From assembly GCA_964596475.1 (NCBI GenBank), contig CAZQTS010000002.1:1-41608 (forward strand): a DNA stretch of 41,608 bases, in the 5' to 3' direction. Numbering within the stretch: the first letter of the stretch is position 1; every line of letters begins with the position of its first letter. The stretch is from an uncultured Gammaproteobacteria bacterium. GTDB taxonomy: Bacteria > Patescibacteriota > Patescibacteriia > UBA1558 > 2-01-FULL-52-15. Shown here one piece after another: positions 25,992 through 33,708 of the stretch. The translations under genes were made by a program, and so were the position numbers. The notes beneath the pieces are model-generated. The model had not been told where the DNA came from and did not search any database. It worked only from the letters and a program-made list of their open reading frames with translations.

Positions 25992-28057
25992 TTCGTTAAG
26001 CTAAAGCCGAAGCGGACATTCCTTTGTACGGTATCGTTCCCCGCAGCATCAATGGTATTGATTATGCGGCCATAATAATCGAACAGGGTCAACGACGTAC
26101 CCGCAACAAGCGGATACGTTATGATATCCACCTGACCGTCGCCGGTGTAGTCAGCAACCAAGAGACTGATCTGCTGTTCAGGGATACTCGGGTTCGGAAA
26201 GAGTGGAAACCGATTCTTCTCCTGTGCCTGACCGTCGAAGATGCGCGCCTGCACGTTGCGATCAGTCTCTTGGGCAACGATAATCTCGTTTCGACCGTCA
26301 TAATCCACATCACCAACACCGAGTGTCAACCCGCCACGGAAATCTGAAGCAAAAGCCATGAACTGGCCTTTGAGACCGCCATGCTGATCAAAAATACGGA
26401 TATGAGGGCCGCCGCGCGATGCAGGAGCAGTTAAAATCTCTGCTCGTCCGTCGTTGTCAATATCTCCTGCCGCAAGTTTCACCCCTCCCCGAAAACGCTG
26501 ATCATAACTGAAAAAGCTGCCAACCGCCCGACCCTTTCCGTCAAACACTCGGACTTGTGGACCTGCTCCGGAAAGCACCGCAACGATGATCTCTGCCTTT
26601 GCATCGCCATCGACATCAGCAACAGCAACACTTAATCCGCCACGGAAGTCGGGTGCGAAAGCCATAAATTGACCCTTGAGGTCACCCTGCAAATTAAAAA
26701 TCCGGACATGGGGACCGCCCTGTGAAAGCGGAACAGTAACGATTTCATTTTCCCCGTCGCCATCAACATCCCCGGTTGTCACCGATACGCCGCCATTAAA
26801 GCGCGGCCCGTAAGCTAAAAACTCTGATATGGTGACGCCGTTTTTGTCCTTTACGAGAACCCGAGAACCAAAACCCCGACCTGGCGCCATGACAATACGC
26901 ACCGGCTTCTTTCGTGAAAGCCCCAGCGCCGCATCAACTGCCTTCTTGATATCCAACATTCCGCTGCCCAGATCCTGATAATTGGTATTTGAGGCCTGCA
27001 GGCTGCTTGCGTTAGTAAGGATCAAGCGGTAGATGTCAGCAAGATTCAAATTCGGTGCCACCGCCTTAATCATGGCGATAGCGGCCGAGACTAATGGTGC
27101 TGCAACCGAGGTGCCGCTCCACCCGCCTGCGTAGTAGAGGTTAAAATCCGGGTTATTCGGGATGTACCACGCCGTGCTAAAAAAATTAGTTCCTGGCGCG
27201 GCGATATCAATACAGGACGATCCGTAATTGGAAAAAGGAGCCAACGTATTGAACGCGTCCACGGCCGCAACGCCCACCACATGATTGATGCCCGCCTCTT
27301 CGCAAATCGGATACCGCGGCATTTCATCCAAATCAACGCCAACATTCTCCTGATTTCCGGACGCTGCAACTACCGCAACACCGGCGTTATACGCAGCCTC
27401 AATACTGTGCACAAGACGCGGATCTCTGACATCACCAATAAGGCTCAAATTGATCACGTCGGCACCGTTTTCGACTGCGTAATCAATTGCTTGCGTCAAG
27501 AGAATTGTATTTCCCGCGCCACTGCTGTCTAAAATCCTTAGGGGCATGATTTTTGTCGAGAGCGACGCGCCGGCAACACCAATCCCGTTATTGATGACTG
27601 CCGCGATGATACCGGCGACCACCGTACCGTGATTGGCACCCTCGTACGAATACCCCTCTTCTAATTTTGGTCGTGGATCAGGCCGTGACAGCAAGAAATC
27701 CCAGCCCTGCACATCATCGATGTAGCTGTTAGCGTCGTTATCAATCCCGTCCGCAGCTATTTCATCTGCATTGTGCCAGATATTCTGCGATAAATCTGGA
27801 TGATCAATGGCAACGCCGGTGTCGAGTACTGCCACCACGATGTCTCGACGTTGTGTGTACTGTTGGACCACATCCCATGCCGAGGATGTTTTTACCCGCA
27901 ACAGATACTCTTGTCGTGCAAATTCCGGATCATTCGGCAGCAGCGCAATCGAGACTTGTTCTCGTCCGAAGCCGCCTGCCCGGAGACCAAAAAAAGGCGT
28001 GCCCGTGATCATGAGCACTAACATAAAACAGAGGTGTTTCTTTACTCGCCAAAGCAT
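25988..28057 (-). CDS. Secreted S8 (subtilisin-family) serine peptidase fused to a C-terminal FG-GAP/integrin-alpha-like repeat propeller
   Basis: Catalytic triad contexts are 'VAVLDTGV' (Asp), 'HGTVVAGIIAA' (His) and 'GWSGTSVAAPLVSAA' (Ser). At least five repeats of the type 'GDVDGDGENEIV / ADVDGDAKAEII / GDIDNDGRAEIL / GDVDYDGRNEII / ADYTGDGQVDII' follow. The start is set at ATG 28057 ('MLWRVKKHLCFMLVLMITG', signal-peptide-like). The ORF-track start at 28159 would run through the promoter-like site and into the edge of the hairpin-element region. Confidence 0.8.
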   Translation of the reverse strand: MLWRVKKHLCFMLVLMITGTPFFGLRAGGFGREQVSIALLPNDPEFARQEYLLRVKTSSAWDVVQQYTQRRDIVVAVLDTGVAIDHPDLSQNIWHNADEIAADGIDNDANSYIDDVQGWDFLLSRPDPRPKLEEGYSYEGANHGTVVAGIIAAVINNGIGVAGASLSTKIMPLRILDSSGAGNTILLTQAIDYAVENGADVINLSLIGDVRDPRLVHSIEAAYNAGVAVVAASGNQENVGVDLDEMPRYPICEEAGINHVVGVAAVDAFNTLAPFSNYGSSCIDIAAPGTNFFSTAWYIPNNPDFNLYYAGGWSGTSVAAPLVSAAIAMIKAVAPNLNLADIYRLILTNASSLQASNTNYQDLGSGMLDIKKAVDAALGLSRKKPVRIVMAPGRGFGSRVLVKDKNGVTISEFLAYGPRFNGGVSVTTGDVDGDGENEIVTVPLSQGGPHVRIFNLQGDLKGQFMAFAPDFRGGLSVAVADVDGDAKAEIIVAVLSGAGPQVRVFDGKGRAVGSFFSYDQRFRGGVKLAAGDIDNDGRAEILTAPASRGGPHIRIFDQHGGLKGQFMAFASDFRGGLTLGVGDVDYDGRNEIIVAQETDRNVQARIFDGQAQEKNRFPLFPNPSIPEQQISLLVADYTGDGQVDIITYPLVAGTSLTLFDYYGRIINTIDAAGNDTVQRNVRFGFSLTK

Positions 28058-28079
28058 TTTGGGTAAACAAAGCCTGCTC

Positions 28080-28108
28080 ATTATACAAGAAAGGTCTGCG
28101 ACGCACAA
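28080..28108 (-). promoter_or_regulatory. Candidate promoter of the 10-gene S8-peptidase/glycosyltransferase operon (TTGTGC-17 nt-TATAAT on the minus strand)
   Basis: Read on the minus strand, TTGTGC lies at 28108-28103, followed by a 17-nt spacer and TATAAT at 28085-28080. This is 22 nt upstream of ATG 28057. Confidence 0.4.
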
Positions 28109-28178
28109 CTTTAATACTTGTCTGCGAGACAAGCCGAAGGCGCAGTCGAGCAGGTACAAGTATTAAACCCTGAGCGAA

Positions 28179-28230
28179 GTCGAGCTTAGCTCGACGAGTC
28201 CCCGCCAGAGGCGGGTGCGCCTAGGGCGCA
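28179..28230. repeat. GC-rich triple-hairpin intergenic element (same family as 5287-5463)
   Basis: GTCGAGC-tta-GCTCGAC spans 28179-28195. CCCGCC-aga-GGCGGG spans 28201-28215. TGCGCC-tag-GGCGCA spans 28216-28230. It shares the exact 13-mer CCGCCAGAGGCGG with 5397-5409. Confidence 0.6.
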
Positions 28231-28243
28231 GAAGGGTCTCCCC

Positions 28244-30328
28244 TTAGAGCTGGCCGAGAAGGTTTTGCGCAAACCCCATGAGGTCTGACTTGAAAGCGTA
28301 TGGGGGGTCAGGCAACCGCTCGATGAACTCCATGACCGCACGGAGCGTTTCTTTTTCTCGATAATTGTAGAGAAATGAAATAATCAGTCGGAAGTGTTCA
28401 GGAGCAAGGCCTAAGTAGGTATCCTCCATATAGGCAAGGAGCGCGTCAAAATTTTGATCGCGCACCCCTCGCGCGCCGAGAAGGAGCAGATTCAAATCAA
28501 AGGCTTGTGGCGCAAGACGTATACTGGTCTCAAGGTCAGATAGTGCCTCAGTCATGTAGTGCTCCTGTTCAGCAGACGTTGAGTTACGTGCGGCAAGATC
28601 AAGGTGAATGAGTCCTCGCAACTGATAGAGTTGCGGGTCTTTTGGACTGATCAAAAGTGCGATCGATGATAAATTCTTCGCGCTAAGAAGCCGATCAGGA
28701 AACGATCCCGATGTATTTCGATATATGCGGGCGAGCAAGGTCAAGAAACGACCGTCGAGCGGATGCTTTTGAACAATCTCGTCGGTCCATACACGTAATT
28801 GCTCGTACGCGCCGATATGCTCCGGCGACGTTACTGGTTGAAGTGATTGCGCAAGTTTTACCACAACAACTTCGCGAGCCTGCTCGGAGAGTGACCATGC
28901 GATTGAAAAGTTCGCAACTTTCCTCTGAAGATCAGCCTCACGCTCTGCTGCCCGGGAAAAAAAACTTGCTGCAACCACGCGGGTCTGGGCGCTCAAGACA
29001 AACCCCGCTGAAATCAATAGCGCGCTCATTGCAATCCAATTCGGAGCATGCGTATGAGCACTGTGGGATTGCCGCGGTGATGCCTGGAGGTGGTAGAAAT
29101 AAGCAAGGTACACAAAAAAGATAAGCGAATCAGCAATTGAATGAAAGAAGAAAAGGAGATACAAGTAATAACCCAGGAGAAACATGAGCAGCGTGGTTTC
29201 TGATTCACTCATGCGACCTCGGCGGAGCCAGCAATACAGAGGCGTTGCGAGAAACAAAAGATACGAGAGCAATCCGAAGAGGCCGGTTGCCACGCCGCGC
29301 TCGAGAAATTCATTGTGCGGTTTGTCAAAAAAAGTGCTCTGACCCCACCCCAGATAGAGCCGCGGATCATAATACCGCTCAAAAACCAAATGATAGTTAT
29401 TATCACCCCAGCCGGTCCACGGTCTTTCTAACATCCCTTGCACGGCCATCTGCCAGTTGGCAAGACGACTGTTGATGGTTTGAGAACCTTTGACCGGATC
29501 ATATCGTTCAGTAAATTCTGAGATTCGTGAACGTTCGATGTTGAGCACAGCGACGGTCAGAAGTATGCTGAACGCGAATGCAGCGAGGACATAGATTCGA
29601 TTGGTATTTGTTTTTCGATCTGATTTCTGCGCAGTAAATCCGAAAAATAACAGTGTGAGCGCCAACGCGACCCCAAGCCCCAAGATCGTTGACCGTGTGT
29701 TGGCTAAAATTAAGATCGGTGTCTGGATACTGATCATTGCTGCATAGAGCACGCGAAACCGTGGGTGGTCAATCAGCAGTAGATAGCAAGCGAGTCCGAT
29801 AACCAATAGTAGGTAGGCGCTCAAAAAAGAAGGATTGCCAACAGTTGAGAAGAGTCGTCCGCCAAAAAAATAAACATCGAATAATGAGAAAGATTGCGCC
29901 CAAGCAAAGAGAGCAACGAGTGCACCGATGCTGACCAGCACGCGAAAATAGTTAATCCATTGCGCACGAGTCCGCAGCACAGTAATCAAAAGAAAAAAAT
30001 ATCCATACAGGTAGAGCCAGTCAGCAACGCCGCCAAACCGCTCCCAGCGACCACTATAGCTTGCCGCGGTATTCAAGCTTACCATGTTCAAGATGAGCAG
30101 CGAGGCGCCAAACGTAGCAAAAAGAAGGAGCGCAAACGATACTCTTGGCCGCGACGTCTGATCAAAGATCCATAGAAAAAGCAGGGGCACAAGACTCAAT
30201 CCAACGACCGCCTGCGTAAAGTGAACTTGCGTAAAGATATACGGGGAGCTCAAATACAGCGAGAATAGAAGTGGCGTGAGTAAGAGTGCATAAGCACAAC
30301 CGTGAAGATATTTTTCCAAAAAAAACAT
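28244..30328 (-). CDS. O-antigen ligase (Wzy_C) family polytopic membrane protein with a ~250-aa C-terminal helical-repeat (TPR-like) domain
   Basis: 694 aa with about 12 TM helices. The Wzy_C signature 'FDKPHNEFLERGVATGLFGLLSYLLFL' is present. The C-terminal soluble helical region begins at 'FFSRAAEREADLQRK...'. Confidence 0.7.
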   Translation of the reverse strand: MFFLEKYLHGCAYALLLTPLLFSLYLSSPYIFTQVHFTQAVVGLSLVPLLFLWIFDQTSRPRVSFALLLFATFGASLLILNMVSLNTAASYSGRWERFGGVADWLYLYGYFFLLITVLRTRAQWINYFRVLVSIGALVALFAWAQSFSLFDVYFFGGRLFSTVGNPSFLSAYLLLVIGLACYLLLIDHPRFRVLYAAMISIQTPILILANTRSTILGLGVALALTLLFFGFTAQKSDRKTNTNRIYVLAAFAFSILLTVAVLNIERSRISEFTERYDPVKGSQTINSRLANWQMAVQGMLERPWTGWGDNNYHLVFERYYDPRLYLGWGQSTFFDKPHNEFLERGVATGLFGLLSYLLFLATPLYCWLRRGRMSESETTLLMFLLGYYLYLLFFFHSIADSLIFFVYLAYFYHLQASPRQSHSAHTHAPNWIAMSALLISAGFVLSAQTRVVAASFFSRAAEREADLQRKVANFSIAWSLSEQAREVVVVKLAQSLQPVTSPEHIGAYEQLRVWTDEIVQKHPLDGRFLTLLARIYRNTSGSFPDRLLSAKNLSSIALLISPKDPQLYQLRGLIHLDLAARNSTSAEQEHYMTEALSDLETSIRLAPQAFDLNLLLLGARGVRDQNFDALLAYMEDTYLGLAPEHFRLIISFLYNYREKETLRAVMEFIERLPDPPYAFKSDLMGFAQNLLGQL

Positions 30329-30336
30329 GCGTGTTC

Positions 30337-30365
30337 ATTATAATTCCTTCTTCGGAAAATGGGAA
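30337..30365 (-). promoter_or_regulatory. Candidate minus-strand promoter for the Wzy_C-family gene (TTCCCA-17 nt-TATAAT), -10 box only 8 nt from the ATG
   Basis: On the minus strand TATAAT lies at 30342-30337 and the ATG begins at 30328. The -35-like TTCCCA lies at 30365-30360. Confidence 0.35.
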
Positions 30366-30414
30366 AGACAGGTTACCGACAAGCGTCGGTTTATGGCAGC
30401 GCACAGTGAAAAAA

Positions 30415-30443
30415 TTGACTCATGGCATCATAATCAGTATAAT
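30415..30443 (+). promoter_or_regulatory. Strong sigma70-type promoter (TTGACT-17 nt-TATAAT) for the plus-strand operon 30455-35326
   Basis: TTGACT at 30415-30420, an exact 17-nt spacer, and consensus TATAAT at 30438-30443. The ATG at 30455 is only 11 nt past the -10 box. Confidence 0.6.
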
Positions 30444-30454
30444 GTGAAAATCTC

Positions 30455-31837
30455 ATGAATACGATGAAACTCAAAAAAATCCTGCTCCTTATTGGAGACG
30501 TGAGCCTCCTCTATGTGGCACTCTATATCACGCTGCTTATTCGCTACTCTCCGAATTTGACTTCTGAACTTTGGATGAGACATCTCATTCCCTTCTCGCT
30601 TCTCTTCGTCGTCTGGATAGTGGTGTTTTTTATCAATAATCTCTATACGGTGCAGCTCATAAAAAATGATTTTCAGTTTTACGGTTACCTTGTTCAGAAT
30701 CTCATCATTAACACGTTGATCGGCTTTACGTTCTTCTACCTCTCCCCTGCCTCACTCACCTCGCTTCGACCCCTGCGGGTGCTGCTGCTCCTTGTCGTCA
30801 TCTACGCGGTGCTCTTTTTGCTCTGGCGCATCAGCTTCTATAGGCTGACCGGTAGCAGAACGCTTGCCAGTCGGCTGCTGCTCATCGGCGTCACACCCGA
30901 GTCAATTCAGCTTTCGGAATTACTTGAGCGAAATCCGCACTATGGTTACAAAGTAAGTCTCATCATCAATTTTGATCAAACTCCCTTGCCGCAAACACTT
31001 CAGCACATCCCTCACCTCAAAGACCTCACCGATCTCGTCAATTCGATAAAAAAATATAAGATCAACACCGTGGTCACCACCAACAATCCGCAGCACAGCC
31101 CAACCATTGCGCGGTACTTATTCGAAACGCTCGGCATCGGGCTCAATTATTTCAATTTCCCTGCCTTTTACGAGAAACTCACCGGCAAGATTCCAATCGC
31201 ATCCCTTGAAAAAACATGGTTTCTCGAAAACCTGCTTTCCGGCAACAAACCGATCTATGAGTTCACGAAACGTCTGCAAGACATTTTTTTCTCTTTCTTC
31301 TTTGGTATCCTTTCCCTACCGCTCATCCCCTTTATCGTGCTGGCGATACGATGCAATTCAAAGGGACCGATTCTCTTTAAGCAGGTCCGCGTCGGCAGGG
31401 GCGGTAAAACTTTTACCGCAATGAAATTTCGAACCATGGTCGCACATGCCGAACAAGAAGGGCCCCAATGGGCAACCAGAGGCGACAAGCGCATTACTCG
31501 TGTCGGAAAATTCCTTCGTAAGACAAGGCTCGACGAAATCCCGCAATTTATCAATATCTTGAAGGGCGATATGAGTTTCGTGGGCCCGCGGCCGGAACGC
31601 CCGGAATTCGTAAGCCTCTTGAGTGAAAAAATTCCCTTCTACAAAGAGCGCCTGCTGGTAAAGCCGGGGCTTTCAGGCTGGGCGCAAATTAATTTCAAAT
31701 ACGGCGATTCAATCGAGGATGCAATGACAAAGCTGCAATACGACATTTTCTACATTAAGAATCGCTCGTTTACACTCGATGTGTCCATTATTCTCAAAAC
31801 GCTCAACACCATCATGAGCGCAAGCCTCGGTCAGTAA
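30455..31837 (+). CDS. Polyprenyl glycosylphosphotransferase (WbaP/PssY-type initiating sugar transferase)
   Basis: 460 aa with N-terminal TM helices. The C-terminal 'bacterial sugar transferase' domain reads 'ILFKQVRVGRGGKTFTAMKFRTMV...DKRITRVGKFLRKTRLDEIPQFINILKGDMSFVGPRPERPEF'. Confidence 0.85.
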   Translation: MNTMKLKKILLLIGDVSLLYVALYITLLIRYSPNLTSELWMRHLIPFSLLFVVWIVVFFINNLYTVQLIKNDFQFYGYLVQNLIINTLIGFTFFYLSPASLTSLRPLRVLLLLVVIYAVLFLLWRISFYRLTGSRTLASRLLLIGVTPESIQLSELLERNPHYGYKVSLIINFDQTPLPQTLQHIPHLKDLTDLVNSIKKYKINTVVTTNNPQHSPTIARYLFETLGIGLNYFNFPAFYEKLTGKIPIASLEKTWFLENLLSGNKPIYEFTKRLQDIFFSFFFGILSLPLIPFIVLAIRCNSKGPILFKQVRVGRGGKTFTAMKFRTMVAHAEQEGPQWATRGDKRITRVGKFLRKTRLDEIPQFINILKGDMSFVGPRPERPEFVSLLSEKIPFYKERLLVKPGLSGWAQINFKYGDSIEDAMTKLQYDIFYIKNRSFTLDVSIILKTLNTIMSASLGQ

Positions 31838-31838
31838 C

Positions 31839-32558
31839 ATGTCAGGCGCAAACCAACTCATCCTCATCACCGGTGGCAGGGGAAGACTCGGTGCGGCACT
31901 CGCCCGCATTCTGCCCGCGCAGTCAGTTGATCGGGACGTGCTCGACATCACCGACGCTTCTGCGGTGAAGATTTTTTTTAAAAAAAATCGCTTCGACATC
32001 GTGATTCACTGCGCTGCCTATACTGACGTCGCCTCTGCCGAACAGAATAAACAGGCCTGCTACATCACGAATGTCATCGGCACCGAGAGCATGATTAGAA
32101 ATTTCAAGGGTCAAAAGTTTGTGTATCTCTCAACCGATTACGTATTCGACGGCGAACGAGGCAATTACCAGGAGGAAGACACGCCGAATCCGGTTAACTA
32201 CTATGCCCTGACGAAACTTCTCGGCGAGATGGTAGTGCGACAGTATCCCCATACCTTGGTAATCCGCACGTCATTCAAAGCAGACGGTCCGTGGCCGTAC
32301 GAAAAAGCGTTTGTTGATCAGTGGACAAGCGCTGATTATGTTTCAGAGCGCGCGCCTGACATCGCGCGCGCCGCGCTCATGCCAAGCCTCTTCGGCGTCA
32401 TGCACATCGGCGGCGAGCGAAAAACCGTCTACGATCTTGCGAAAAAACAATCGCCGCAGGTTGGGAAAATATCGCTTGCGGATATTGGGACAAAGCTGCC
32501 CAGAGACGTTTCGCTCGACTCTTCTCGTTGGCGCGCACTGTTGAAAAACAATCCGTAA
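31839..32558 (+). CDS. rmlD: dTDP-4-dehydrorhamnose reductase-like SDR (short RmlD)
   Basis: 239 aa. 'LILITGGRGRLGAAL', 'DVLDITDASAV', 'DIVIHCAAYTDVASAEQNKQACYITNVIGT', 'STDYVFDG' and 'YALTKLLGE' (YxxxK) follow the RmlD pattern. Confidence 0.7.
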   Translation: MSGANQLILITGGRGRLGAALARILPAQSVDRDVLDITDASAVKIFFKKNRFDIVIHCAAYTDVASAEQNKQACYITNVIGTESMIRNFKGQKFVYLSTDYVFDGERGNYQEEDTPNPVNYYALTKLLGEMVVRQYPHTLVIRTSFKADGPWPYEKAFVDQWTSADYVSERAPDIARAALMPSLFGVMHIGGERKTVYDLAKKQSPQVGKISLADIGTKLPRDVSLDSSRWRALLKNNP

Positions 32559-32562
32559 TACC

Positions 32563-33708
32563 ATGCGCCTCTACGAATACGAAGCTAAAAAAATACTTGC
32601 TGCGTATGGTGTCGCAGTACCGAAACAGATTGCCCTTATCGAAAGCGGCACGAGCGTAAGCAGCACAGTGAGCTACCCCGCGATGGGAAAACTCCAGGTC
32701 CTGTCAGGAAAAAGAGCAGCGCAAGGAGGGATTGCTCTGCTGAAGTCTGAAGCCGACCTCCGGAAATTCTGCAATGCCATGAACGGAAGAGTCCTTATTG
32801 AGGAACACATAGAACCACTTGCGCAGAACCTATACGTTTCAATCCTCTACCTCCAAGGTGGCTTACCGTACGTACTCCTTTCACGAGGCGGAGGCAGCAA
32901 CGTAGAATCTCAATCGAGCACGCTGCTGACGGTGCCCATCGATATCTTAACCCAGCACATGACCCCCGCAAAAATTGAGGCGCTCAACCTGCCTCAACGC
33001 GAGAGACTGTCAGTGGAAAAACTCCTTCAGAAACTTATCGTCTGTTTTTTTGCCGAAGACTGCGTGAGTCTAGAAATAAACCCGCTTGCGTTAACTTCAC
33101 ACCATGACTGGATTGCGCTGGACGCGAAAATCACACTGGATGATCGCGCAATCTTTCGCCACCCCGACCGAACCCATGAAACCCTTGTTTTTAGACCGAC
33201 CCCCTCTTTTACACAGCGAGAGCAAGCGGTACAGACTTTGAATCAGCACCGCGAATACGGCGGCACACCGTGTCGCTATACGGAACTCGACGGCGACGTC
33301 ATACTGCTCTTGTCCGGTGGCGGCGCAAGCATGGTGGTATTCGATGCGCTCGTACACCTGGGCGTCCGGCCAGGCAATTATTCGGAATATAGCGGCAATC
33401 CGCGCAAAGAAAAAGTCGAGGCACTGACGCGCATCGCCCTTGAGAAGCCGAATCAAAAAGGTCTCTTAGTCGCTGGCGCCATCGCCAACTTCACCATGAT
33501 TGATGAAACAATGACCGGCATCGCCGCTGCGCTCATCGAAGCAAAGCCGTCCTATCCGATTGTGATCAGGCGAGGCGGACCGAACGAGAAGCGAGCAAAA
33601 ATTATGATGGAAGACCTTGCGCGCAAACATCATCTTGACATCACGTGGCTCGGCTCAGAAAAAACCCTGCTTGAAGCAGCGCAAATTTTCGCACAAAAAA
33701 TTCGTTGA
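32563..33708 (+). CDS. SucC/AclB/CcsA-like ATP-grasp subunit of an acyl-CoA synthetase (ATP-citrate-lyase-like)
   Basis: 381 aa. 'MRLYEYEAKKILAAYGV', 'LEINPL', 'LDAKITLDDRAIFRHPD' and 'LSGGGASMVVFDAL' are SucC-like. 'VAGAIANFTMIDETMTGI' resembles the ACLY/AclB 'GGSIANFTNVAATFKGI' segment more than SucC 'NIFGGIVRCD'. Confidence 0.65.
   Translation: MRLYEYEAKKILAAYGVAVPKQIALIESGTSVSSTVSYPAMGKLQVLSGKRAAQGGIALLKSEADLRKFCNAMNGRVLIEEHIEPLAQNLYVSILYLQGGLPYVLLSRGGGSNVESQSSTLLTVPIDILTQHMTPAKIEALNLPQRERLSVEKLLQKLIVCFFAEDCVSLEINPLALTSHHDWIALDAKITLDDRAIFRHPDRTHETLVFRPTPSFTQREQAVQTLNQHREYGGTPCRYTELDGDVILLLSGGGASMVVFDALVHLGVRPGNYSEYSGNPRKEKVEALTRIALEKPNQKGLLVAGAIANFTMIDETMTGIAAALIEAKPSYPIVIRRGGPNEKRAKIMMEDLARKHHLDITWLGSEKTLLEAAQIFAQKIR

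Noticed and set aside
28058-28159. The N-terminal extension of the S8 peptidase ORF (start at 28159), and similar extensions of pseI (to 40904), pseH (to 39759), the cytidylyltransferase (to 38610) and the HIT protein (to 13214).
   Set aside because: Internal ATGs give canonical family N-termini or a signal peptide and remove overlaps with upstream genes, promoter-like sequences or hairpin repeats. The longer forms cannot be strictly excluded without experimental or comparative data.
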